Shown here one piece after another: positions 19,138 to 29,400 of a stretch of DNA of 64,000 nt; the stretch's first letter is position 1; each line of letters opens with the position of its first letter. The stretch spans positions 8,642 to 72,641 of the forward strand of contig JBGVPL010000001.1 of assembly GCA_045126975.1 (NCBI GenBank), written 5' to 3'. Position numbers and translations under genes: made by a program. Below the pieces are notes generated by a model. It was not told the origin of the DNA, did no database searches, and saw only the letters and a list, made by a program, of their open reading frames with translations. Origin of the DNA: Candidatus Aphodosoma sp. Its GTDB lineage: Bacteria; Bacteroidota; Bacteroidia; Bacteroidales; Paludibacteraceae.

Positions 19138-20371
19138 AATAAATGAGATTTGGCAGACGATTACGCGCAACAAGAGTCGTAGTTTGTTGACGGCTTTTGG
19201 GGTGTTTTGGGGTGTGTTTATGTTGGTGGTGATGGTGGCACTTGGCAGTGGTATCAGTCGAGGCATTATGGGACAGCTCGATGGTGTGGCACAGAATACA
19301 TCGATGATGTTTCCAAGTAATACGTCTATGCCGTATAAAGGATTCAAAAAAGGACGCACGTGGAATATGCATTCCGACGATTTAGTGGCAATGGAGCGCG
19401 AGTTCCCAGAATTGAAATATATCTCGCCTGTGATGTGGGTAAATAATGTAGGTAAAACAGCAAGAGGTACGAAGTCGGAGGAGTATAGTATGATGGGGTA
19501 CGATGCTAACTATTTCAAGATGTATCCGTTGAAAATGGTGCAAGGGCGTTGGATTAACGACATAGACCTTCGCGATACTCGAAAAGTGTGTGTCATAGGC
19601 GAAAAGGTGTTGAATGACCTCTATAAACCAGGCGAAAAAGCTGTGGGCACATTGTTGAGAGTAGGTAGTTCGTACTATACCGTGATTGGCGTAGTAAAAA
19701 AAGTTTCTGATGGTGTCAATTTCTTTGGAAATATGGATGAGATGTTGTTGGTGCCATATACAACAGCTCAAAGAATTCAAAATAGTGGTGATAAGATTGA
19801 TTGCCTATGTATTACGGCGTATGACAATGTGGAAATTGGGGATGTAGAAAAGCGCGTGGCGGCATTCGTTAAAGAGCGCAATTTAGTGAATCCCGATGAT
19901 GAAGCTGCATTGGAGTTGATAAATCTAAAAAAAATATTTGATTCGTTCTCGATGTTGTTTGGTGGGTTGAATTTTCTTGTGTGGATTGTAGGATTGGGTA
20001 CATTGTTGTCGGGTGTGATTGGGGTAAGTAATATTATGCTTGTTACGGTGCGTGAACGTACACAAGAGATAGGTATTCGTCGTGCATTAGGAGCTACACC
20101 GTTCACGATATTGAAACAGATAATGAGTGAGAGTGTGGTACTTACGGCAATAGCTGGGTTGGCTGGTTTGGTGTTTGCAGTGCTGGTATTGAGTGTGGTT
20201 GATATGGTTATGGCAATGCAACCTAATCCGGTTTTGCCATCAATTCAGTTGTCTTTCTCGTTGTCGATAGTAGCATTGGTGGTCATCATACTTGCTGGCA
20301 TGTTTGCTGGGTATTTGCCATCTAAACGAGCTCTTAGCATCAAAGCTGTCGAAGCTCTTCAAGATGAATAA
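19124..20371 (+). CDS. ABC transporter permease (MacB-like periplasmic domain + FtsX), paralog of 17777..19027
   Basis: Colinear with the preceding permease (ERTQEIGIRRALGAT). Confidence 0.9.
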   Translation: MNYELINEIWQTITRNKSRSLLTAFGVFWGVFMLVVMVALGSGISRGIMGQLDGVAQNTSMMFPSNTSMPYKGFKKGRTWNMHSDDLVAMEREFPELKYISPVMWVNNVGKTARGTKSEEYSMMGYDANYFKMYPLKMVQGRWINDIDLRDTRKVCVIGEKVLNDLYKPGEKAVGTLLRVGSSYYTVIGVVKKVSDGVNFFGNMDEMLLVPYTTAQRIQNSGDKIDCLCITAYDNVEIGDVEKRVAAFVKERNLVNPDDEAALELINLKKIFDSFSMLFGGLNFLVWIVGLGTLLSGVIGVSNIMLVTVRERTQEIGIRRALGATPFTILKQIMSESVVLTAIAGLAGLVFAVLVLSVVDMVMAMQPNPVLPSIQLSFSLSIVALVVIILAGMFAGYLPSKRALSIKAVEALQDE

Positions 20372-20480
20372 AATTTAAAAGACAGAATAACATAAGAACA
20401 AAAACATAATTGTAGTTTTAAAAAATATTTTTGTTATTTTGTTCTTTTGTCTTCAAAGAAATAATTAAATATCTAAAAAT

Positions 20481-21575
20481 ATGAAAAAAGTAATTAGAAT
20501 TTTTGTGTTTGTCCTTTTGGGGCTTGTAGTGATTGGTACGTTTGTGTATCTATATAAAAAATCGCGTCCTGAGGTGAAGGAATATCAAATTGTTACACCG
20601 GTGGTGCAGACATTGTCGAAGAAAACCATTGCTACGGGTAAGATTGAGCCACGTAATGAGGTGGAAATTAAGCCACAAATTTCGGGTATTATTAGCGAGA
20701 TATATAAGGAGGCAGGCGAAATGGTGCGTGAGGGCGATGTGATTGCTCTTATCAAAGTTATTCCTGAAATGAGTAGTCTTAACTCTGCTGAAAGTCGTGT
20801 GAATATTGCCAAGATTGATTTTGAGCAGGCAAAAACAGACTATGACCGTGCCGATAAATTGTTTGAGAAGAAGGTACTTTCGGCTGAAGAGTTTGAGAAA
20901 GAACGTGTTGCATATAATAAAGCAAAAGAGGAGTATCAGAATGCAGTTGATAATCTTGAAATCATCCGTGATGGTATTGCCAAGAGTTCAGGTGGTTATA
21001 GCAATACTCAAATTCGTGCTACTATTACGGGTTTGATTCTTGATATTCCCGTAAAAGTGGGTAACTCGGTGATTCAGAGTAATAATTTCAACGATGGTAC
21101 AACTATTTGTACTATTGCCGATATGAACGATATGATTTTCAAAGGTTCTATCGATGAGAGTGAGGTGGGGCGTATTCGTGAGGGATTACCTATCGTGCTC
21201 ACAATCGGTGCGTTGCAAGATATGAAATTCGATGCAGTGCTCGAATATGTATCGCCAAAGGGTGTTGAGGAGAGCGGTGCTGTGATGTTTGAAATCAAGG
21301 CGGCAGCATCGATTCCTGATACAGTGATGGTGCGTGCAGGCTATAGTGCCAATGCCGAGATTATCTTGATGCAACGCAAGAATGTGCTTGCTATACCTGA
21401 GGGTGTAGTAGAGATGGTGGGTGATTCGGCATTTGTATATCAATTAGATACTACAGTTGTTAATGAGCAGAAATTCAATCGTGTGCCTGTAGTGTTGGGT
21501 GTGTCGGATGGACTTAATATTGAACTTGTTGAGGGTGTAGAGCCTGATGCGCAACTTAGAGGAAACCTTAAATAA
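20481..21575 (+). CDS. Efflux transporter periplasmic adaptor subunit (MacA/HlyD family)
   Basis: Signal-anchor, lipoyl, coiled-coil and beta-barrel layout (TGKIEPRNEVEIKPQISGII...; ...IRATITGLILDIPVKVGNSV). Confidence 0.9.
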   Translation: MKKVIRIFVFVLLGLVVIGTFVYLYKKSRPEVKEYQIVTPVVQTLSKKTIATGKIEPRNEVEIKPQISGIISEIYKEAGEMVREGDVIALIKVIPEMSSLNSAESRVNIAKIDFEQAKTDYDRADKLFEKKVLSAEEFEKERVAYNKAKEEYQNAVDNLEIIRDGIAKSSGGYSNTQIRATITGLILDIPVKVGNSVIQSNNFNDGTTICTIADMNDMIFKGSIDESEVGRIREGLPIVLTIGALQDMKFDAVLEYVSPKGVEESGAVMFEIKAAASIPDTVMVRAGYSANAEIILMQRKNVLAIPEGVVEMVGDSAFVYQLDTTVVNEQKFNRVPVVLGVSDGLNIELVEGVEPDAQLRGNLK

Positions 21576-21628
21576 GGAATAGGGAATATGGAGTAGGAAA
21601 TAAGGATTTTGTTATTGTGTATTTTAAT

Positions 21629-22945
21629 ATGAAAAAAATATTAATAATTTCATTGTGCATTGTGAATTATGTATTGTGCATTGCACAGGGTTGGACTTTG
21701 GACTCGTGTATATCGTATGCTCAACAGCAGAGTTATAGCGTGATACGTGCAAATATGGCAGTTAAGAATGCCGAAATTGCTGAGCGTAGTGCGCGTGTGG
21801 CAATGACGCCATCGGTGAATGCAGGTATTGGCGAGAATCTCTCTTTTGGTTTGGTTGAGGGGGCGAACAATGTACGCGAAAATCGCACTCAATCTACTAC
21901 AAGTTTCAATGCATCAGTTTCTATGCCATTGTTTACTGGTTTGCGTATAACTAATCAAATTAAACGTACGGGAGTTGAATTGCAAGTAGCTCTTGCTGAT
22001 GTAGAGAGTGCGAAGGAGAATATTGAACTTAATGTGATGACTTATTACCTTCAAATGATGTATTCGCGTGAGATGATTGCTGTGCAAGAGAGTCAGTTGG
22101 CTTTGTCTGAACAACTCTTAGAGCGTACACGAGTGTTGGTTGATGAGGGGTGTCAGTCGGAGAGTGAACTTTATGAAATAGAGGCGCAAGTGGCTCAAAA
22201 TCGTCAGCAACTCACTGATGCTAAAAATAGTTATCGTTTAGCAGTAGTGGATTTGTGTCAGTTGATAAATTATAAAGATGTAGAGGGATTTTATAATGCA
22301 CAATTCACAATTAACAATTCACAATTTGAGATGCAAAATATTGCGTCTCTACTCCCAACACCTGATGTTGTTTATTCTCATGCAGTGGCAAATCGACCAT
22401 CTATCGAAGCTCAACAACGTCGTATTGAGAGTGCTGAATTGGCAGTGAAAGAGACTAAGGCAGAGTATTATCCTCAACTCAACCTTAATGCCTCTTGGGG
22501 TACAGGCTATTATCATACGTTTAATGGTAATAATCCTGCATTTGGTAATCAGTTTGTTGATAATGGTAGTGAGGTGATAGGTTTGTCGTTGAATATTCCA
22601 ATTTATAATCGTATGCAAGTGCGTCATGCTGTGAAGCGTCAGCAGATAGCAGTAGAGGAGGCAAAACTTTCTGAGTTAGAGATGAAAGACCGCTTGTATA
22701 AAGACATACAGTCGGCATATTACAACGCCATTGCAGCACAAGAAAAACACACTGCAGCGCAAAAAAGTCGCGAGTCAGCTGCCAAAGCCCTTGAGTTTGC
22801 AACTAATAAATATGAACTTGGTCGCCTTAGTACATACGAATATAGTGAAGCGCAAACACGTCTTCAACAGGCTCAAGCTCAAGAGACACAAGCGAAATAT
22901 GAATACTTGCTCCGTGCACGTATTTTAGAGTTTTATATGGAATAA
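21629..22945 (+). CDS. TolC family outer membrane efflux protein
   Basis: Signal peptide MKKILIISLCIVNYVLCIAQG, two TolC repeats, and it is the last gene of the ABC-MFP operon. The ATG at 21629 is preferred over the GTG at 21617. Confidence 0.9.
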   Translation: MKKILIISLCIVNYVLCIAQGWTLDSCISYAQQQSYSVIRANMAVKNAEIAERSARVAMTPSVNAGIGENLSFGLVEGANNVRENRTQSTTSFNASVSMPLFTGLRITNQIKRTGVELQVALADVESAKENIELNVMTYYLQMMYSREMIAVQESQLALSEQLLERTRVLVDEGCQSESELYEIEAQVAQNRQQLTDAKNSYRLAVVDLCQLINYKDVEGFYNAQFTINNSQFEMQNIASLLPTPDVVYSHAVANRPSIEAQQRRIESAELAVKETKAEYYPQLNLNASWGTGYYHTFNGNNPAFGNQFVDNGSEVIGLSLNIPIYNRMQVRHAVKRQQIAVEEAKLSELEMKDRLYKDIQSAYYNAIAAQEKHTAAQKSRESAAKALEFATNKYELGRLSTYEYSEAQTRLQQAQAQETQAKYEYLLRARILEFYME

Positions 22946-22969
22946 GTGGTTGTTATAGATATATTTGGT

Positions 22970-23005
22970 AGAGATGCTATTGTTTGTTAGCATCTCTTTT
23001 TTTTG
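22970..23005 (+). terminator. Intrinsic terminator after the TolC gene
   Basis: Perfect 10-bp stem agagatgcta/tagcatctct, 8-nt loop, T7. Confidence 0.85.
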
Positions 23006-23048
23006 TTTTTTGGGGAGAGGGGATTGTTTGCTTGAGGGTAAGGTTATA

Positions 23049-23110
23049 GTATGTTTATCCTATATTTATGGTATATTTATCCTATATTTATGGTATGTTA
23101 TAGTATAGGT
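23049..23110 (+). repeat. 22-bp tandem repeat (2 full copies plus a partial)
   Basis: Copies agtatgtttatcctatatttat and ggtatatttatcctatatttat, then partial ggtatgtta... Confidence 0.85.
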
Positions 23111-23225
23111 GAGGGTTGGGGGAGTATTAATTTGAAGTGAGACTGTTGATATTATTGTTTTTTTTTATTTTTGTGATTGATTTTTATGTAAAAGAGTATT
23201 TTTGAAAATGATAATAAATGTTAAA

Positions 23226-23270
23226 AAAACAACAAAAATATTCTTAAAAAAACAATATTTTTGTTGTTTT
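23226..23270. repeat. Perfect 17-bp inverted repeat overlapping the -33 region of the giant-gene promoter
   Basis: aaaacaacaaaaatatt (23226-23242) and aatatttttgttgtttt (23254-23270), separated by an 11-nt loop. Confidence 0.85.
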
Positions 23271-23271
23271 G

Positions 23272-23301
23272 TTTGTATTTATATATTTTTTTGTAACTTT
23301 A
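23272..23301 (+). promoter_or_regulatory. Candidate promoter of the giant surface-protein gene
   Basis: TTTG (23272-23275), 18-nt spacer, TAACTTTA (23294-23301; the last base deviates from the consensus). Confidence 0.4.
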
Positions 23302-23447
23302 CATCGTGAAAAATTGTTTTGTTTTTTAACTGTAAATAAATTATTATTATTATGGGAATAAGAAATCACTTTCAAAAACGGAATAATAATCCTCCATAGG
23401 AATGTTTTAGTTTATAAATAACACGATTATTAACTATTTAACTAACT

Positions 23448-26400
23448 ATGATTATGAAATTTAAGAATACTTTTTTTAGAACATTAAGAAGTGCAATATT
23501 TTTAATTGCGTTGTTTTTGGTTATGCCACAACGGAGCATGGCAGCAAGTAAACCTGGCGACCTTGATATTGGATTGAATTGGAACTGTGATGACCTAAAA
23601 ATCCGATGGGAGAAAAAAATGGCTGCATTTTATATCGATATAACCATTTATGATGAAGCTGGTGATGATGATTGGTTGGAGAATATTAATATTTATTGTA
23701 ATGGCAAATCGTTTATCAAGATAAATAGTTGGTGGGGGGGCTCGTCTAATGCTCGTTCATTCAAGGTGCATAATAGAAACGATTTTGGTAAATTGTATAT
23801 GTCATATAATGGTTGGCATTCTATACCAGGTTCAGATGTTCAGCATACTGTAGGAAAAACAGATGGATCACGTTCGTTGATTACATTTGTTTGGTTTCCA
23901 CCAGCAGGTTATATGGATCAAGATGTTACTATTAAAATTGATGGTTATGTGAAAGACTCGGGTGGAGATTCTTATTTTTACGATCGCTCAATTACTCAAA
24001 CGACATCAACATTTGATTATGAACCAAAATTGACTTCAGGTGGATGGGATTTGAGTACAGGTAATTTTAAGGTTACATTGACCGAACTTACTAACGGTGA
24101 TGCTTATTCAGAAACTAAATCTACCATTAATCTTCGTACAAAAACTCATGATGGCAGTTGGACTAAGCGCAAAGTGTCTTATACAACAAGTAAAGGGCAA
24201 AAAACAATTAATAAGACATGGGGTGAAACTAGTTATGTGAAATATTCAGACTATAATAATACAAAAATTCTTACTGCTCATCAATTTGCAAATGGTATAT
24301 CTATCAGTGCTGTTGCAGTGACAGATCCGGATGCAGGTTCGGGAAATTATACAGAAGAAAAGGTTTGGTCTAGTTCTATTCATACAGGAAGAACAGCTGT
24401 GTTTGAAAATAGAAATTTGACTATCACGCAAAATAATCGTGATATCAATCTTTCTTGGCAAGTGTATAATCCTAGTAGTTCTTCTAATCTTAATACTGCC
24501 GACTTTGCTGTAGAAAAATGGAATGGTTCGGAATGGGTTGAGATTGCAACTATTGATTATAATTATTCAAAATCATCATATTCTTATACCTATACATTGT
24601 CAGATGCTGAATGTAATAAGGGCTCTCAAACATATAAATTCCGTGTATGGAAAAAGATGTTTGCTAAACAAAAGTTGTGGCATGAATATATGTCAACGAA
24701 TGAAACATCGGCGACAATTTATACTGACTACAAGAAGGTTGAAATTACAAGTATTAGCCCTGTAGAAGGTAAAACTGAAGCTATTGTTAAATGGGCATTT
24801 ACCTCTTCTAATGGTATATGGGATGATAAAGGTGCCTATTCTTTGTCGATTAACGGAGGTGGAAATTCTCCATTTACTCCTGCATATAATGAGACTCAGT
24901 ACAAAATCAGTAGTTTACAAGGTTGTGTGAGATATGAGGTTTCTTTGTCGCAAACAGTATTGAGTAAATCTCACCATACTTCTGCTACTAAATCGTTCTT
25001 GATGCCAAACCTTAAGAGTCGTGAAATTGAGAATTTTGAGGTTTCTAAGGGTTATTATAGTGATAACGTAATGCTCAGTTGGAATGTGCCAAGTGATGCA
25101 AGTGATTTCAAATATTTCAATATTACACGTACGCCTATTGGAGGTGGTACACATGCTGTGCAAGTGACTCAAATACAACATTCTGGTTTGACATCTTATA
25201 GTTATCAAGATAAAGCTATGAATGCAGGTCAACTTTATACATATACAATTGAAGGATATTCGGAATGTGATGGTTCTCCATCGTTGGGTGCTTCGGTTAG
25301 TGACATTGGATTTAGTCAGCCATACGCAACAGTGTCGGGTAGAGTAGCATACGCTGGCGACCAAGCTGTGCCTGGCGTTACTGTGGCTGTTACAGGTGGC
25401 GATAATGCGCAAGAGAATTATTCAGTATTCTTTAATGGAGAGGATGCTGCATCGCATATCAAATTGCCAGCTGATGTAGTTGATTTCAAAAATAATGATG
25501 AAATTACTTTCCAAGCATGGATTAATCCTGATAAGTTGCATGATGGTTCATTCGTATTCTCTAAAAATTCAACTTTTGATGTTATTTTTGGTGCACAGAA
25601 TACATTGAAATTGTATATTTTAGGAGCTATGTGGGAGACAGGAAAAGTGTTTAATGCGCACGAATGGACACATCTTACCTTTATTGGAAAATATAATCGT
25701 AGTGCTAGTAAAGCGACAATGTCATATTACATCAATGGCGAATTTATAGATCAACAAGAAATTACTACAAGTAAAAATGTTGATCAATATATTGGTGATG
25801 TTTTTTATGTAGCGGCAAATTCTAACGGAACTAATGGTTATCGTGGTTACATTGATGAAATTCGTTTCTGGAATAAAGCACTTGATTCGACAACTATTGC
25901 TAACAATTATAATGCTTATCTATCAGGTCGTGAAGAGGGACTTTGGGCGTACTATCGTTGTAATGAAATTGGAATACAACAAGTATTTGACCAATCAGGA
26001 CGTAATGGTATATTTAATAAGCGCGATGGTGAACTTGGTGTAATGGCAAACCACTCTACAATGGTGCCTTCGGCAGAACAGTTGTCGAACAAAACAGTTA
26101 CTGATGCAGATGGTAATTATTTGATTAACACAGTGCCTTATACATCTGATGGCGTACAATATAACGTAGTTCCATTGTTTGGCGTTCACGAATTCTCTCC
26201 AAACAAAAAACCAATCTATGTTTCTCCTTCTTCTGTCGTATTCAATAATATAGATTTCGAAGATGTATCTTCGTTTGAAGTAGAAGGTGTGGTTTATTAC
26301 GAAAATACAACTCATCCAGTAGAAGGTTGTAATTTCTATATCGATGGTAATATCTGTTCTCGTGATGGCGAAATGGTAACTACCAATGCTGAAGGTAAAT

Positions 26401-29400
26401 TTAAACTTAGTGTGCCTATTGGCGACCACTTTATTCGCATTGAAAAACAAGGTCATGAATTTGCTAACGGAGGACGTTTCCCTGCCGACCCTAATGGAAC
26501 TGGCACTCGTTTCACATTCGAACAACCTATGAAAAACCTTACTTTCACCGACGTAACTAAAGTGACAGTTGCAGGTCGTGTTGTAGGTGGCGAAATCGAA
26601 GAGTTGAAACCTCTTGGATTTGGTGATAGTAAAGCAAATATTGGTAAAGCCGTAATCACATTGACTACTGGCTATAAGATGAATATGACTGCTGTTGCTG
26701 ATGGTGCTTCCACTTCTTACGAAGTAGGTGCTGATACTCTTTTCTTCGAAAATGCAACCGAAGCAGTTAATGGCAAAGCATACGTTCAAGGTGGCGATGT
26801 TGTTTTAGCTGAAAATATTATTATCGAAACGGACCCTGTGACAGGCGAATTTGCAGTGCAATTGCCTCCATCACAATATACTGTTTCTAATGTCTCTATT
26901 CCGTCTAACAGCGAAATATTGTTTTCTACCGAAACAATCGGTATGATTGATGCTACAAATACGTTGAATGTGAAAACCGACTCTATAGTTGGTGAAAATG
27001 GTGAAACTCGTAAGTTTGAATATATTGCATCACTCAAATTAGTTCATCGTGTAATTCCTGAGTTCACAGTGACTCATAATGCCGATGGTTCGTTTGGTGA
27101 AAAATCAATCAAGTATAGTGATATCGAAAATCCAGAAGAGGTAGAAGTTGAACTATATAAAGTATTGGATGATGGATCTATTGAATATACATTCGGTAGT
27201 CCAGTGTTTTTACAAAAATCGCCATATACGTTCCAAATGCGTGCATTCGAAGAGTATGTTAATAAAGATGGCGATGAACCTATATATGACCAAGTGCCAT
27301 TAGAAAATGCAGTTGTAACTGTTATTAATCAATTCGGAACAGGACAATTTGTTTGTATTGAAGGTGAAAATGATGGTAAAATTGATACATTACAATTGGC
27401 AGAAAATCAAGTTGCGCTTGACTCTACAGGTTCTGCTAAATATGAATTTGTGACAGGTTTTCCTAATATCATCGAACCTTATACTCTTGGCATGAATATT
27501 AAGTATAATACCAATGGTCAAGATCTTGAGTGGAGTCAAAATTCAACATTCCAAGCAATTGTATTTGGTGAATTGCCATCAGGTACTAACTTTGTGACAT
27601 CTGGGCCTGACAAAGTGATGATGATTCTTCGTGATCCTGCTGGTTCTAACTCTTATTCGTTCTACGAAAAGGGTGTTACGATAACCGAAGTTGAACAAGA
27701 TGGTGGCTCGTTTATTACAAATAACGAATTGACAACTATTACTAAATTGGGTGTCGAAGCGAATACATTTGTGGGTAGTCCTATTGGTTTTGGTGTAATT
27801 ACAGAAGCAAAAGCTAAATGCGACCTTGAAGTGGGACTTAATATTAATTATAATTATTCAGGTTATAGTGAGTGGACAACCACCACCACAACAACAGAAC
27901 GTATAAGCACATCTGCTGAAGCTGATTATGTAGGTTCAAATGGCGATGTATTCGTAGGTGCTGCAACTAATATCTTGTTCGGTAATGCTCGTAGTATTGG
28001 TTTGCAACGTAATGTTGAAGATGGTACATTTTCTATTGCACGTACCGATGTTATTACAACTGGTACTGAGTTTTCAACAGGATTTAAGTATACTCAATAT
28101 TATGTTGAAAATGTATTGATTCCTAACCTATATCTCACTCGTAATTCTTTGTTGCAACAAGTATCTTCAGTTGAAGGTATTGTGAATAATAGCGAAGAAC
28201 CAATATATGTTACTACTCTTTCGCCTGAAGATGAGCGTTTTGGTAGTGATAACTTTGATGAAGAGGTATGGGGCAATAAGGCTGTAGGGAAAGATAAATT
28301 GATTGGTCCAAGTTATACAATGATTCTTCCTGCAACATTAGATCCTAATGTTGTGTATGAAGATAAAGTACGTTGGCATAATTCTCAAATTAGTAAATGG
28401 ATTCAAACTCTTGCTGATAATGAAGAAGCGAAAGTAAAAGCAATTAAAGAGCGTGAAACTTATCTTCAAGAGAATCATTCATTCGATGCCGGTGCTGTTA
28501 TTGAATCGTCAATTCAAACTTGTGAGGTTGAAACAACAAATGATGCTCACGAATTTGAAACTTTGGTAGTGGCTGGTGCTTCAACAGGTGGTCTTATTAA
28601 TGGTACTGGTGTTGCTTTTACAGCTAAAACTGAAACTGGTGGTCGCTACTTTGGGTATACTGAAAATTCAAATGAAACTTGCCTTACTACAGGCTATGTG
28701 CTTCAAGATGCTGGTTATAATGATGCACTTACTATTGATGTACTCAATTCGCCTGATGGTTTTGGCCCTATCTTCTCAACTCGTGGAGGTCAAACTTCTT
28801 GTCCTTATGAAGCTGCCGAAGTAACTAAATACTATGAACCAGGAACTGAAATTTCTACCGCTACAATGCAAATTGAAATTCCACAACTTACTGTAGTAAA
28901 TGCTTTTGCAACTGAAGTTCCTGCAGGTAAAGCTGCTACTTATACTCTTCGTCTTGAAAATCTTTCAGAAACAGGCGATGATATTTGGTTTGACCTTGGT
29001 GTTATTGATGCTACTAATCCTAAAGGAGCTATCATTACAATGGATGGTGCTCCTCTTACAGAGACAGGTCGTGCAATGTTGGTGCCAGCTGGTAGTACTT
29101 TGGAAAAAACTATCCAACTCAAACAATCTGATCTTGGTGTACTCGATTTCGAAAACATTCAAATAGTACTTAAATCAGAATGTCAAGGCGACATTGCTGA
29201 TACGGTTTCTATTTCAGCTAACTTTGTTCCTTCTTGCTCTGATATTACATTGCAGATAGAAGATCGTATATTGAATTCTTATACAGGTTCAGACCTTCAA
29301 ATTGTAGTGAAAGACTTTGACCGTGCGTTCCGCAACTTCAAGGGTGTACGCATCCAATACAAAGGTGAGCGTGATACTGAATGGACTCTTGCTCAAGAAT

